A stretch of DNA of 64,000 nucleotides from NCBI GenBank assembly GCA_963747235.1, contig CAVVEU010000013.1, positions 256,001 to 320,000 on the forward strand. The letters are read 5' to 3'. Made by a program: the position numbers and the translations under genes. The stretch comes from an uncultured Candidatus Rokubacteria bacterium (GTDB lineage Bacteria > Methylomirabilota > Methylomirabilia > Rokubacteriales > CSP1-6). Each line of letters opens with the position of its first letter. The first letter of the stretch is position 1. Under the pieces are notes generated by a model, which was given only the letters and a program-made list of their open reading frames with translations, was not told the DNA's origin and did no database searches. Of the stretch, positions 33,646-46,026 are shown piece after piece.

Positions 33646-35388
33646 ATGAGCCTCACGAGTCAGGTCGAGAAGTGGGTGGATGAGGTCGCCGAGCTGACGG
33701 AGCCGGCGAAGGTCGCCTGGGCGGACGGCTCGAAGGCGGAGTACGAGCGCCTCATCGCCGACATGCTGCGGGACGGCACGCTCCTGCCGCTCAACTCGCG
33801 GACGTACCCGAACTGCTACCTGCACCGCAGCCACCCCACCGATGTGGCCCGCACCGAGCAGCTCACCTTCATCTGCACGCGCCTCCGCGAGGACGCGGGG
33901 CCGACCAACAACTGGATGGCCCCCGCGGAGGGCAAGGAGAAGCTGCGCGCGATCTTCCGCGGCTGCATGCGCGGGCGCCCGATGTGGGTGATCCCGTACC
34001 TGATGGGCCCGGCCGGCTCGTCCATGAGCCGGGTGGGGGTCATGGTCACGGACAGCGCGTACGTGGTGGCGAGCATGCACATCATGACCCGCGTCGGCGC
34101 GGTCGCGCTCGAGCACATGCGCGGCCCGGACGACTTCGTGCGCGGCCTGCACTCGCTCGGGGACCTCTCGCCGGACCGGCGCTTCATCCTGCACTTCCCC
34201 GAGGAGCGGCTGATCTGGAGCGTGGGCTCGGGCTACGGCGGCAACGCCCTGCTCGGCAAGAAGTGCCACGCCCTCCGGATCGCCTCGTCGCAGGCCCGGA
34301 CCGAAGGCTGGATGGCCGAGCACATGCTGATCCTCGGCGTGGAGGACCCGGAAGGGAAGATCACCTACCTGGCCGCCGCGATGCCGAGCGCGTCCGGGAA
34401 GACCAACCTGGCCATGGTGGTGTCGAGCCTGCCCGGCTATCGCGTGTGGACGGTGGGCGACGACATCGCCTGGATCCACGTGGACAAGCACGGCCAGCTC
34501 CGCGCCACGAATCCGGAGCGCGGCTTCTTCGGCGTCGCCCCGAACACCAGCGCCAAGACCAACCCGAACGGGGCGGCGATGGTGCGCTCCAACACCATCT
34601 TCACCAACGTCGCGCTGACCCCGGCGAACGAGCCCTGGTGGGAAGGCATGGGCCCGGAGGCGCCGGAGGGCATGCTCGACTGGCAGGGCAAGCCGTGGAC
34701 GCCGGGCAGCGGGCCGGCCGCGCACCCGAATTCGCGCTTCACGGTGCCCGCGCAGCAGTGTCCCTCCATCGCGCCCAACTGGGAGGACCCGGAGGGCGTG
34801 CCGCTCTCCGGCTTCATCTTCGGCTCGCGCCGCGCGCGCGTGGTGCCGCTCGTCTTCGAGGCGTTCGACTGGAATCACGGCGTCTTCCTGGGCTCGGCGA
34901 TGGGTACCGAGACGACCGCCGCCATCACCGGGCAGGTGGGCATCGTGCGCCGCGACCCGATGGCGATGATCCCGTTCTGCGGCTACAACATGGCGGACTA
35001 CTTCGCCCACTGGCTGTCCGTCGGGCCTCGCCTGAAGAATCCGCCGAAGATCTTCCGGGTGAACTGGTTCCGGCGCGACGCGGACGGACGATTCCTCTGG
35101 CCCGGCTACGGCGAGAACGTGCGCATCCTCAAGTGGATCGTCGAGCGAATTAACGGGGGCGGCGCGGCGGTGGAGACGCCGATCGGCCACATCCCGGCGA
35201 AGGGCGCGATCGATTGCTCGGGCCTCCAGATGCCGCCCGGCGCGCTCGAGGCGGCGCTGCACGTGGACCGCGAGGAGTGGCGGCAGGCGCTCGACGAGCT
35301 GCGCGAGTTCTACGAACAGTTCGGCGAGCGGATGCCGCCGGCGATCTGGAAGGCCCACGCGGAGACGGCGCGCCGTTTCGGTCTCTGA
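33646..35388 (+). CDS. pckG: Phosphoenolpyruvate carboxykinase (GTP)
   Basis: SGYGGNALLGKKC, WMAEHMLI, PSASGKTN, VGDDIAW, RRDPMAM, WPGYGEN; TTGACA-17-CAGAAT promoter upstream. Confidence 0.96.
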   Translation: MSLTSQVEKWVDEVAELTEPAKVAWADGSKAEYERLIADMLRDGTLLPLNSRTYPNCYLHRSHPTDVARTEQLTFICTRLREDAGPTNNWMAPAEGKEKLRAIFRGCMRGRPMWVIPYLMGPAGSSMSRVGVMVTDSAYVVASMHIMTRVGAVALEHMRGPDDFVRGLHSLGDLSPDRRFILHFPEERLIWSVGSGYGGNALLGKKCHALRIASSQARTEGWMAEHMLILGVEDPEGKITYLAAAMPSASGKTNLAMVVSSLPGYRVWTVGDDIAWIHVDKHGQLRATNPERGFFGVAPNTSAKTNPNGAAMVRSNTIFTNVALTPANEPWWEGMGPEAPEGMLDWQGKPWTPGSGPAAHPNSRFTVPAQQCPSIAPNWEDPEGVPLSGFIFGSRRARVVPLVFEAFDWNHGVFLGSAMGTETTAAITGQVGIVRRDPMAMIPFCGYNMADYFAHWLSVGPRLKNPPKIFRVNWFRRDADGRFLWPGYGENVRILKWIVERINGGGAAVETPIGHIPAKGAIDCSGLQMPPGALEAALHVDREEWRQALDELREFYEQFGERMPPAIWKAHAETARRFGL

Positions 35389-35407
35389 GCGGGCGAGGAG
35401 GCACGGC

Positions 35408-35830
35408 ATGAGCGGTGAGAGGCTGCGTGGGGTCGGGCTCGCGCTGATGATGCTGGTCGGGCTCGGCGGCTGCTCCGCCATCAGCTCCGACGCCGACTTT
35501 CCGCCGGCCCGGCCGCCCGCGGCCGCGGCGCACTTCAAGGTCACCGCGCCCGGCGGGTTCCCGGAGGACGTCTACCTGTCGGCGTGGGGGGAAGGCTATG
35601 TGATCCACGCCGCCGGCCAGGCCCCCATCTATCTGATCTCGGACAAGAAGGGCGGCTTCGTCATCCAGCGCCCCGGCGAGACCGCGTCCTGGGTGGCCCC
35701 GCGGTCGGACGGCAGCGGCTGGAACATCCTCTCCGCCAGCGGACCGGCCACCTTCCTGCTCAAGCAGGAGGGGGGTACCTGGATCCTGCAGGCGCCCGGC
35801 GAGCTGCCCACCCTGATCGTCCCGCAGTAG
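35408..35830 (+). CDS. Putative lipoprotein
   Basis: Signal peptide with LGGC lipobox; short repeated beta-hairpin motifs. Confidence 0.7.
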   Translation: MSGERLRGVGLALMMLVGLGGCSAISSDADFPPARPPAAAAHFKVTAPGGFPEDVYLSAWGEGYVIHAAGQAPIYLISDKKGGFVIQRPGETASWVAPRSDGSGWNILSASGPATFLLKQEGGTWILQAPGELPTLIVPQ

Positions 35831-35849
35831 CCTCGGTTCCGGGCTCCGC

Positions 35850-35875
35850 GCCACTGTCAGCTCAGTGACAGTGGC
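35850..35875. promoter_or_regulatory. Perfect inverted repeat, candidate enhancer (UAS) or terminator
   Basis: GCCACTGTCA-GCTCAG-TGACAGTGGC; contains TGT-N10-ACA; about 100 bp upstream of a sigma54 promoter. Confidence 0.45.
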
Positions 35876-35966
35876 CCTGTCAAGGAGTGTCCACCGGGTG
35901 CCCATCCTTGTCCGATGACTGGTCGTTCAGTTCATTGAATCAATAGACTTGAGCTATTCCTCCTCC

Positions 35967-35981
35967 TGGCAGGGACGTTGC
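35967..35981 (+). promoter_or_regulatory. sigma54 -24/-12 promoter
   Basis: TGGCAG-GGACG-TTGC upstream of bactofilin-M23. Confidence 0.72.
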
Positions 35982-36066
35982 GTACCCGTAGTTGGTTCTC
36001 ACGCACGGACCCGTCGAGGAGGCAACACACGATGCTCGGACGCAAGGGTAGCGGCTGCTGATCCGC

Positions 36067-36480
36067 ATGTGGCCATGGAAAGCCCGCGTCTCCGCCGCGA
36101 CTCGCAAGAAGCTCACCGCCTTCCTGGACGAGGGCTCCGAGATCGAGGGCAAGTACACGTTCACCGGCACCGTCCTGCTCAACGGGAAATTCCAGGGTGA
36201 GATCGCCTCGCCGGACACCCTCATCATCGGAGAGCGCGGGGTGGTCAACGCCATCGTTCGCGCGGGCACGCTCGTGGTGAACGGCGAGCTGGTGGGGAAC
36301 GTGCACGCCAGCGAGCGGGTGGAGCTCACCGGCAAGGCCCGCGTCTTCGGCGACCTCGAGTCGCCGATCGTGGTGCTGGACGAGGGCGTGATGTTCGAGG
36401 GCCACTGTCGGATGCCCAGGTCCGGAGCGTCCGAGCCCATCCGAGAGGCGGCGGCGGTGGTGCCGCTCAAGCGGTCATGA
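36067..36480 (+). CDS. Bactofilin (polymer-forming cytoskeletal protein)
   Basis: FLDEGSEIEG, LNGKFQG, VVNGELVGNV, GVMFEGHC. Confidence 0.92.
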   Translation: MWPWKARVSAATRKKLTAFLDEGSEIEGKYTFTGTVLLNGKFQGEIASPDTLIIGERGVVNAIVRAGTLVVNGELVGNVHASERVELTGKARVFGDLESPIVVLDEGVMFEGHCRMPRSGASEPIREAAAVVPLKRS

Positions 36481-37370
36481 GCGACCGGCGCGGCGGCGGC
36501 TTCACGCTGGTCCTGGTGCACGGCGGCGGCACCCGCATGCTCCACGTGGGCTGCCCGCGCTGGCTCCTGTGGGCCGGCCTGACCCTCCTGCTGATGAGCG
36601 GCGCGCTGCTCGGCGGGACCTGGATGGACTACTTCGCGCTCAAGCGGGCCCATCTCCAGGCGGCCGCCCTCGAGCGGCGCGTCGAGGAGCAGCGGGCGCA
36701 GCTCGAGGCCTTCGAGCAGCGGGTGGTCGAGGTCAACCGCGAGGTGGTGGGCTGGCAGGACATGCACGTGCGCCTGTGGAGCGCGTTCGGTCCGGCCCCC
36801 GGCCAGGCGGGCAAGGGCACGGGCATGGGTGGCGCGGTGGCCGTCCTGCCGATGGTCTTCGCGAGCGAAGGGCCGGCCCTGCCGCAGCAGCTCGCCTTCC
36901 TGGCCAGCACGGTGAGCGAGAGCGGCCAGAGCCTGCGGGCGCTGGGTCGCTTCGTGGAGCGCACCCGCTCCGTGCTGCTCGCGATGCCCTTCCGCTGGCC
37001 GGTCCGCGGGCCGCTGAACTCCCGCTTCGGTCAGCGCCCGTCGCCGTGGACGGGCGAGCCCGAGTTCCATCGCGGCCTCGACATCAGCGCCGGCCGCGGC
37101 ACCCCGGTGTACGCGCCGGCCACCGGTGTCGTGCACTACGCGGGCGCGGGCGGCGAGTACGGCAACATCGTCATCCTCGATCACGGGCACGACCTGCGCT
37201 CGCTGTACGGGCACCTGCAGGAGGCCCGCGTGAAGCCCGGCGAGCACGTGGAGCGCGGCCAGCTCATCGCGCTCACCGGCAACACCGGCCGCACCTCCGG
37301 CCCGCACCTGCACTACGAGATCCAGGTGCGCGGCCAGGCCGTGGATCCCCGCCAGTACCTCTCGGAGTAG
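36477..37370 (+). CDS. M23 family peptidoglycan endopeptidase with TM helix and coiled coil
   Basis: HRGLD, YGHL, GRTSGPHLHYEI; ATGA overlap with bactofilin. Confidence 0.92.
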   Translation: MSDRRGGGFTLVLVHGGGTRMLHVGCPRWLLWAGLTLLLMSGALLGGTWMDYFALKRAHLQAAALERRVEEQRAQLEAFEQRVVEVNREVVGWQDMHVRLWSAFGPAPGQAGKGTGMGGAVAVLPMVFASEGPALPQQLAFLASTVSESGQSLRALGRFVERTRSVLLAMPFRWPVRGPLNSRFGQRPSPWTGEPEFHRGLDISAGRGTPVYAPATGVVHYAGAGGEYGNIVILDHGHDLRSLYGHLQEARVKPGEHVERGQLIALTGNTGRTSGPHLHYEIQVRGQAVDPRQYLSE

Positions 37371-37442
37371 TCGCGACGTAGCTCTCGCAGTTGTGGTTTG
37401 ATCTCCTCGCGGTTGATCCAATCCCGACGAGGAGGACTCGCC

Positions 37443-38252
37443 ATGCCGGCTGTTTCCGTCAAGGAGCTCACCACCGACCTGCTGATCCGCTACGGCTTCC
37501 AGATCCTGGGCGCCCTCGTCATCCTGGGCGTCGGCTTGCTCCTGGCCCGCTGGGTGGGCAATCTGATGGGGCAGTGGCTCGAGCGCCGCCACCTCGAGCC
37601 GCCGGTCCGCAGCCTGATGGTCAAGACGGTGCGGATCGTGGTGCTGATGTTCACCCTGGTCGTCGCACTCGACAAGTTCGGCTTCCAGGTGGCCCCCCTG
37701 GTGGCCGGGATCGGCGTGGCCGGCCTCGGCATCGGCATCGCGCTGCAGGGCGTGCTGAGCAACGTGGTGGCCGGCCTCAGCATCATCATGACCAAGCCGT
37801 TCCGGGTGGGGGAGTGGATCTCGATCGTCGGGGTCTATGGCCAGGTGAGCAGTATCGAGCTCTTCTCCACGACGCTGCTCCATCCGGACCAGTCCCGGGT
37901 CGTGATTCCCAATCGCAAGATCGTCGGCGAGATCCTGCACAACCACGGAACGACCAGGCAGCTTGATCTGAAGGTGGGAGTCGCCTACGGGACCGATCTG
38001 TCCAAGGCGCTGGCCGCCGCGCTCGAAACCCTGCTCGCCAACCCGCGCGTGCTCAAGATCCCGGCGCCGACGGTGGGCATCGCGAGCCTGGGCGACTCGG
38101 CCATCATCGTCGCGCTGGGCCCGTGGGTCGCGGTGCCCGACTACGCGCCGGCCCAGGGTGAGCTCTACCAGGCCGTGGTGGAGCGGTTCCGGGCCTCCGG
38201 CATCGAGATGCCCGCGCCCCAGCGGGAGGTGCGACTGCACGCGGCCGCCTGA
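37443..38252 (+). CDS. mscS: Small-conductance mechanosensitive channel
   Basis: GIGIALQGVLSN, KPFRVGEWI, VIPN. Confidence 0.9.
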   Translation: MPAVSVKELTTDLLIRYGFQILGALVILGVGLLLARWVGNLMGQWLERRHLEPPVRSLMVKTVRIVVLMFTLVVALDKFGFQVAPLVAGIGVAGLGIGIALQGVLSNVVAGLSIIMTKPFRVGEWISIVGVYGQVSSIELFSTTLLHPDQSRVVIPNRKIVGEILHNHGTTRQLDLKVGVAYGTDLSKALAAALETLLANPRVLKIPAPTVGIASLGDSAIIVALGPWVAVPDYAPAQGELYQAVVERFRASGIEMPAPQREVRLHAAA

Positions 38253-38264
38253 GCTCGCTCTCGC

Positions 38265-38552
38265 ATGCCACTCACACGATTCGGCTTCATCGTGACCGGC
38301 GATGACTTCGTGCAGTGGACCGGGACCGAGCGTTTCCGCATGAAGGTGGTGGGGGTGCGGAGCCCGGAGCAGGGGATCGCGGCCGCGCGGGAGATGGTGG
38401 CGGAGGGCATCCAGCTCATCGAGCTCTGCGGCGGGTTCAGCCCGGTCTGGGCCGGGAAGATCATCGAGGCCATCGACTACGCGGTGCCGGTCGGCGTGGT
38501 GGCCTACGGCCCGGAATCCATCAGCGGGATGGCGCGGCTATTCCCCGGGTGA
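38265..38552 (+). CDS. DUF6506-like small protein
   Basis: GIQLIELCGGF..PVGVVAYG. Confidence 0.7.
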   Translation: MPLTRFGFIVTGDDFVQWTGTERFRMKVVGVRSPEQGIAAAREMVAEGIQLIELCGGFSPVWAGKIIEAIDYAVPVGVVAYGPESISGMARLFPG

Positions 38553-39695
38553 GGGTGGCCGCGCGGCTTCCTGCAGGAGCAGCAGGATCACCGCGGTGGT
38601 GACCAGGCAGGACCCGATGACCTCGAGCCCGACGTACGTCGCGAGCAGGCCGGTGACGCCGGGAATGGCCGCGACGCCGAGATAGGCTCCCGCCACCTGG
38701 AAGCCAATGGCCGACGTGGCATGCGCGTGCCCCAGGCGCGCCGGCGTCTCCGCGATCAGCGTGGGAAAGATCGGGGCCAGGGCGAAGCCGAGCGCGGCCA
38801 GCCCGACCGGCCCGGCGCCCATGCCCGGATCCCACCAGATCAGCAGCGCGCCGGCCAGGGCGCCGACCGTGCCGATCCGGAGGAGCGCATTCGCGGCGAG
38901 CCGGCTCGCGAGCGCGCCGGAGACGACGCGGCCGGCGGTGAGCGCCGCCCAGTAGATCGCGATCCAGATGCCCGCGGCGCCCGCCGCGATCCCGCGCGCT
39001 TCGGTGAAGAGGCTGTAGGTCCACTGGCCGGCCGTGACCTCGAGGCCCGCGTAAACGAAGAAGAGGGCGACGTTCAGCCAGACTCGCGGCCGGCCCAGCG
39101 TGTCGAAGAGAGAGGCCGCGCGCTCGGGTGCCGCGCCTGGGGAGGCCGGATCCTGGCGCGCCATCGTCCACAGGGGGATCGTGACCAGGAAGCTCACCGC
39201 CATCGCGGCCAGCAGGACGCCGATCACCGCGTAGCCCCAGCGCCACGCGAGGCCCGAGGCGAGGACCGCGGTCATGAGGAGTGGGCCGAGCATCGCGCCG
39301 ACGCCGTAGCAAGCGTGCAGCCAGCTCACCAGGCGCGGCGAGAACCGCACGGCCGCGAAGGCATTGATGCCGGCGTCGATGGCGCCGGCGCCGAGCCCGG
39401 CCAGCAGGCCGGCCGCGACCATCACGCTCCAGGCCGGAGCGAGCGCGTAGGCGAACGCGTTCACGACCATCAGGACGCTGCTCCAGAGCAGCAGACGCCC
39501 GACGCCCAGGCGCGCCACCAGCGCGCCGCTGCTGAAGCTCGAGACCAGATAGCCCACCATGGCCGAGGCGAGCAGCGAGCCGAGCTGACCCGGGGGAAGG
39601 CCGAAGGAACGGCGGATGGAGGGCCACGCCACGCCGAGCACGCCGTCCGGGAGCCCCAGGCTGACGAAGGCCAGGAGCGCGATGGCGAGGAGCAC
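38538..39695 (-). CDS. MFS transporter
   Basis: SLGLPDGVLGVAWPS, GAGAIDA, WLHACYGVG; about 12 TM helices. Confidence 0.88.
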   Translation of the reverse strand: MLLAIALLAFVSLGLPDGVLGVAWPSIRRSFGLPPGQLGSLLASAMVGYLVSSFSSGALVARLGVGRLLLWSSVLMVVNAFAYALAPAWSVMVAAGLLAGLGAGAIDAGINAFAAVRFSPRLVSWLHACYGVGAMLGPLLMTAVLASGLAWRWGYAVIGVLLAAMAVSFLVTIPLWTMARQDPASPGAAPERAASLFDTLGRPRVWLNVALFFVYAGLEVTAGQWTYSLFTEARGIAAGAAGIWIAIYWAALTAGRVVSGALASRLAANALLRIGTVGALAGALLIWWDPGMGAGPVGLAALGFALAPIFPTLIAETPARLGHAHATSAIGFQVAGAYLGVAAIPGVTGLLATYVGLEVIGSCLVTTAVILLLLQEAARPPSPGE

Positions 39696-39799
39696 GATGC
39701 GGCGGGCCCCTCGGCGGACTAGGCGGTCGCCGTGACGGAGTAAATCGGGACGGCCTCGCGCCGGGTCTTGAGCTGAGTGGTCCTCGAGCGCCGCCCGGT

Positions 39800-40297
39800 C
39801 TACTCGGCCTGGCTCCGGAAGGTCACGGTCTCATCGCCGACCCGCACCCGGGCGTCCCAGGTGATGTCGATGGCGCCCTGCACGCTCTGGTGCGCCGGGC
39901 AGCCCTGCGGGTGCAGCGCCAGCGCCCGCTCGGTCGCCTCACGAGCGTCCGCGGGCACCGCGAGCTCGTAGTGCATGTGGATGGACTTGATCCGGATGGT
40001 CTTGCCGACGCCGACGATGCGGCCTTCCACGGTGGCCACATAGCCGTCACGGTCGAACGCGATCTTGCGCCCTGCCAGGGCGCCGCGCAGCGTGCCGTAC
40101 ATTCAGCCGGCGACGGCCGCCACGATGTGGTCGAGGGTGGAGGCGACCGGCGGGCCCTCCGCGACGCCGTAGTACTCGCGCAGCTTGCCCTGCACGCCGT
40201 AGACCACCGGGGCGGGGACTTCGCCCAGATAGGCGTGGCGATAGCCGTGCCGGTACTCGAGACGGGACTGGGAGACGTATTCGAAGTCGTCGGGCAT
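39800..40297 (-). CDS. OsmC-like protein with in-frame UGA (candidate selenocysteine at codon 65)
   Basis: ORFs 40103-40348 and 39800-40102 are contiguous in one frame: ..TLDHIVAAVAG-U-MYGTL...QGCPAHQSV; GGAGG RBS before ATG 40297. Confidence 0.8.
40067..40083 (-). promoter_or_regulatory. Candidate bacterial SECIS hairpin
   Basis: GCGCCCT-GGC-AGGGCGC starting 19 nt after the UGA; loop begins with G. Confidence 0.6.
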
Positions 40298-40411
40298 GGA
40301 GACCTCCTTGGGTTGATTGAGACGTGCCGCGTCTACCTTAGCAGCCAAAGGAGCAAGGAGGCCGGCTTGAGCTGGACCGCAACACGCCTAGCATGCGGCC
40401 GGAGGTGTGCC

Positions 40412-40855
40412 ATGTCGGCCGAAGCGAACAAGGAGCTGGTCCGTCGAGTCCTGGCCGAAGTGCGAGATGGGTGGACACAGGCGGCAATCGACCAGTTCTT
40501 CGCGCCGGACTACCGCCGCCACCTCACGCCGACGGGTCCGCATCTCACTCGCGAGGAGCAGCGGGAGCGGGCTTCGCGGCTGCGGGTCGCCTTTCCCGAC
40601 GCCGATGCCGCGCTGGAGGACATCGTGGCCGAAGGAGACCGCGTGGCGTATCGGTTGACCATTCGCGGAACGCATCGAGGTTCCTTCCTCGGTGTCGCCC
40701 CGACCGGCCGGCGCGTGGTGGTCTCGTTGTTCGCGATCGTCCGCATCGAGAACGGCAAGCTGGCCGAGGAGTGGGGCGGCCTCGATCAGGTGGATCTGCT
40801 CCGGCAGCTCCGAGAGCCGGGCGAGCCGCCGAGAATGTGGGAATGTAAGACCTGA
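40412..40855 (+). CDS. SnoaL-like ester cyclase family protein
   Basis: ANKELVRR, AFPD, AEGDRV, GTHRG.FLGVAPTGR. Confidence 0.88.
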   Translation: MSAEANKELVRRVLAEVRDGWTQAAIDQFFAPDYRRHLTPTGPHLTREEQRERASRLRVAFPDADAALEDIVAEGDRVAYRLTIRGTHRGSFLGVAPTGRRVVVSLFAIVRIENGKLAEEWGGLDQVDLLRQLREPGEPPRMWECKT

Positions 40856-41595
40856 CCCCGGGGCTGGCGCGTGGCATGATGGCTCCATGGCGGGGGCGGA
40901 GCGGGCGGTGGGGCTGGCGATCATGGCCAAGGCCCCGCGGGTTGGGGCGGTGAAGACGCGGCTCTGCCCGCCCTTGCGGGCTCCGGAGGCGGCCGAGCTG
41001 GCGCGGTGTTTCTTGCTGGACACCGTGGATCGGGTGCGGGTGGTCGCCGGAGCCCGGCCGATCATGGCGTACGCGCCGGTGGAGGCGCAGGGCCAGTTCG
41101 AGGAGGCCGCGCCCGGCTTCGCGCTGATCGCTCAGCGTGGCGGGGACCTGGGCGAGCGGCAGCTCCACCTGATCGAGGACGTCCTCGGGCTGGGCCTCCA
41201 GGCCGCGCTGGTGATCGGGACGGACTCGCCCACGCTGCCCCGCGAATGCCTGGACGAGGCGGTCAGCCTCGTGATGGCCCCCGACGTGGACGTGGTCCTC
41301 GGCCCCACCGAGGACGGTGGCTACTACTTGATCGGGATGCGCGCGCCCTATCCCGCTCTGTTCGAGCACATGCCCTGGAGCACGCCCACGGTGCTCGGCC
41401 GCACGCTCGAGCGTGCCCAGCGCCTGGGCCTCCGGGTGGCCTGCCTGCCCACGTGGTTCGACGTGGACACCGGCGCCGATCTCGAGCGGCTGCGGGTCGA
41501 GCTGGAGGCGGCGCCGGGCGCCTCGCCCCGTCAGACCCGGGCGTTTCTCGAGCGCCGAATCGTCTGCGCGGTCTCCGTCGTCAAACCCGTCAATC

Positions 41596-44247
<2,652 letters not shown>

Positions 44248-44251
<4 letters not shown>

Positions 44252-44361
44252 GCCGCCTCGCCGTGCTGCCGGTGCGAGGCGTACACTGGAGCGACCTGGG
44301 GGACCCGGAGCGCGTGCTGGCCACGCGGCGACGGACCCAGGCGATGCCGATCCCGGCCTGA
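44248..44361 (+). pseudogene. Remnant resembling the C-terminus of a mannose-1-phosphate guanylyltransferase
   Basis: 37-aa ORF SRLAVLPVRGVHWSDLGDPERVL carrying the WSDLG motif. Confidence 0.5.
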
Positions 44362-44371
44362 GCGATCGAGC

Positions 44372-45079
44372 GTGACGACGCCCGCGCCCGGGGTGGACCA
44401 GGCTCAGCTCGACGGGTTGGCCACGCGGGCCCTGGAGCATGTCCGCGACGGGGCGCTGGTGGGGCTGGGCTCGGGCCGCGCGGCGACCGCGTTCGTCCGG
44501 GCGCTGGGCGCGCGGGTGGCGCGCGGGCTACGGGTTCGTGGCGTGCCCACGTCGGAGGCAACGGCGCGGGTCGCGCGGGAGGTCGGGGTGCCGGTGGTCG
44601 GCCTGGAGGAAGGGATTCTCGACATCACGGTGGACGGGGCGGACGAGGTGGATCCCCATCTCGATCTGATCAAGGGCTATGGCGGCGCGCTCGTGCGGGA
44701 GCGGATCGTGGCGACGGCGTCGCGCCGCCGGATCACCCTGGTGGGCCGCGAGAAGCTGGTGCCCGTGCTCGGCAGCCGCGGTCGCCTGCCGGTCGAGGTG
44801 ATCCCCTTCGCGTGGCCGCTGGCGATGCGCGAGCTGGCCGCGCTGGGCTGCCGGCCGACGCTTCGCACGACCGCCGGGGCGCCGTTCGTGACCGACAACG
44901 GGAACCGGATCGCCGACTGCGCGGTTCGCCCCATCGAGGCACCGGCGGCCTTCGAGCGCGATCTCCGGGCGATCCCAGGCGTCGTGGACACGGGGCTGTT
45001 CCTGGACATGGCCGATCTGGTTCTGGTGGCGGAGGGTGGAGGCATCCGGGAGATGAGGCGAGGAGCGACGAGCGCGTGA
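44372..45079 (+). CDS. rpiA: Ribose-5-phosphate isomerase A
   Basis: GLGSG, DGADE, IKGYGGAL.RE, PVEV, TDNGN. Confidence 0.93.
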   Translation: MTTPAPGVDQAQLDGLATRALEHVRDGALVGLGSGRAATAFVRALGARVARGLRVRGVPTSEATARVAREVGVPVVGLEEGILDITVDGADEVDPHLDLIKGYGGALVRERIVATASRRRITLVGREKLVPVLGSRGRLPVEVIPFAWPLAMRELAALGCRPTLRTTAGAPFVTDNGNRIADCAVRPIEAPAAFERDLRAIPGVVDTGLFLDMADLVLVAEGGGIREMRRGATSA

Positions 45080-45095
45080 TTTGGTTCCCGTCCTG

Positions 45096-45851
45096 GTGAG
45101 GACAATTCGTCGGCTTCCCGACCCGGAAGCGGTGAGCCGGGCGGCGGCGCAGGATCTGGTGGAGCTGGCTCGGGCGGCCATTGCCGACCGCGGCCGCTTC
45201 TGCGTGGCCCTGTCCGGCGGTTCTACACCCCGCCGCATGTACGAGATCCTGGCCGAGTCGCCGCGGTGGGCACAGCTCGACTGGCGGCGCGTCGAGTTCT
45301 TCTGGGGCGACGAGCGCGCGGTCGGGCCGGAGCATCCCGAGTCCAACTACGGCGTGGCGGCCTCCGTGCTGCTGGGCAAGCTGGGCGTGATGCCCGGTCG
45401 GATTCATCGCATCCAGGGTGAGTTGGCGGATCCGGAGGAGGCGGCAGCCCGGTACCAGGACGAGCTCAGCCGGGTCTTCGCGATCCCCGAAGATGGCCTG
45501 CCCCCGATCTTCGACCTGATCTTCCTCGGCATGGGGGGCGACGGCCACACCGCGTCGCTGTTCCCGTACAGCCAGGCCCTCACCGAGCGACGGCGCTGGG
45601 TGGTGGGCTATACCGTGGCCCGCATCGGCAAGACGCGCATCACGATGACGCCCCCGATCCTCAACCGGGCGGCTGAGATCCGCCTGCTGGTCACGGGCGC
45701 CGACAAGGCCGCCTCGCTGCGCGAGGCCCTGGAGGGTCCACGGGAGCCCGAGCGCCTCCCGGTGCAGCTCGTGGCCCCCGAGGCCGGACGGCTCGTGTGG
45801 CTGGTGGACCGGGCCGCGGCGGCCCAGCTCAGCCCGGATCGGAGCGCCTGA
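45096..45851 (+). CDS. pgl: 6-phosphogluconolactonase
   Basis: ALSGGSTP, FWGDER.V, LGMGGDGHTASLFP. Confidence 0.93.
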   Translation: MRTIRRLPDPEAVSRAAAQDLVELARAAIADRGRFCVALSGGSTPRRMYEILAESPRWAQLDWRRVEFFWGDERAVGPEHPESNYGVAASVLLGKLGVMPGRIHRIQGELADPEEAAARYQDELSRVFAIPEDGLPPIFDLIFLGMGGDGHTASLFPYSQALTERRRWVVGYTVARIGKTRITMTPPILNRAAEIRLLVTGADKAASLREALEGPREPERLPVQLVAPEAGRLVWLVDRAAAAQLSPDRSA

Positions 45852-46026
45852 AGGCGCCGCCGCGGGTCAGCCGAGATCGTGGAGCAAGCGAGCCCCGCCG
45901 CCGACTCGCCCGATTGAAGGCGCCGCCGCGGGTCAGCCGAGATCGTGGAGCAAGCGAGCCCCGCCGCCGACTCGCCCGATTGAAGGCGCCGCCGCGGGTC
46001 AGCCGAGATCGTGGAGCAAGCGAGCC
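45849..46026. repeat. Perfect 66-bp tandem repeat (2.7 copies) between convergent pgl and peptidase genes
   Basis: Units start at 45849, 45915 and 45981: TGAAGGCGCCGCCGCGGGTCAGCCGAGATCGTGGAGCAAGCGAGCC(CCGCCGCCGACTCGCCCGAT). Confidence 0.95.

Noticed and set aside
45849-46026. Repeat-spacer-like pattern as a CRISPR array
   Set aside because: The 20-nt linkers are identical, the repeat overlaps coding ends, and no cas genes are present.
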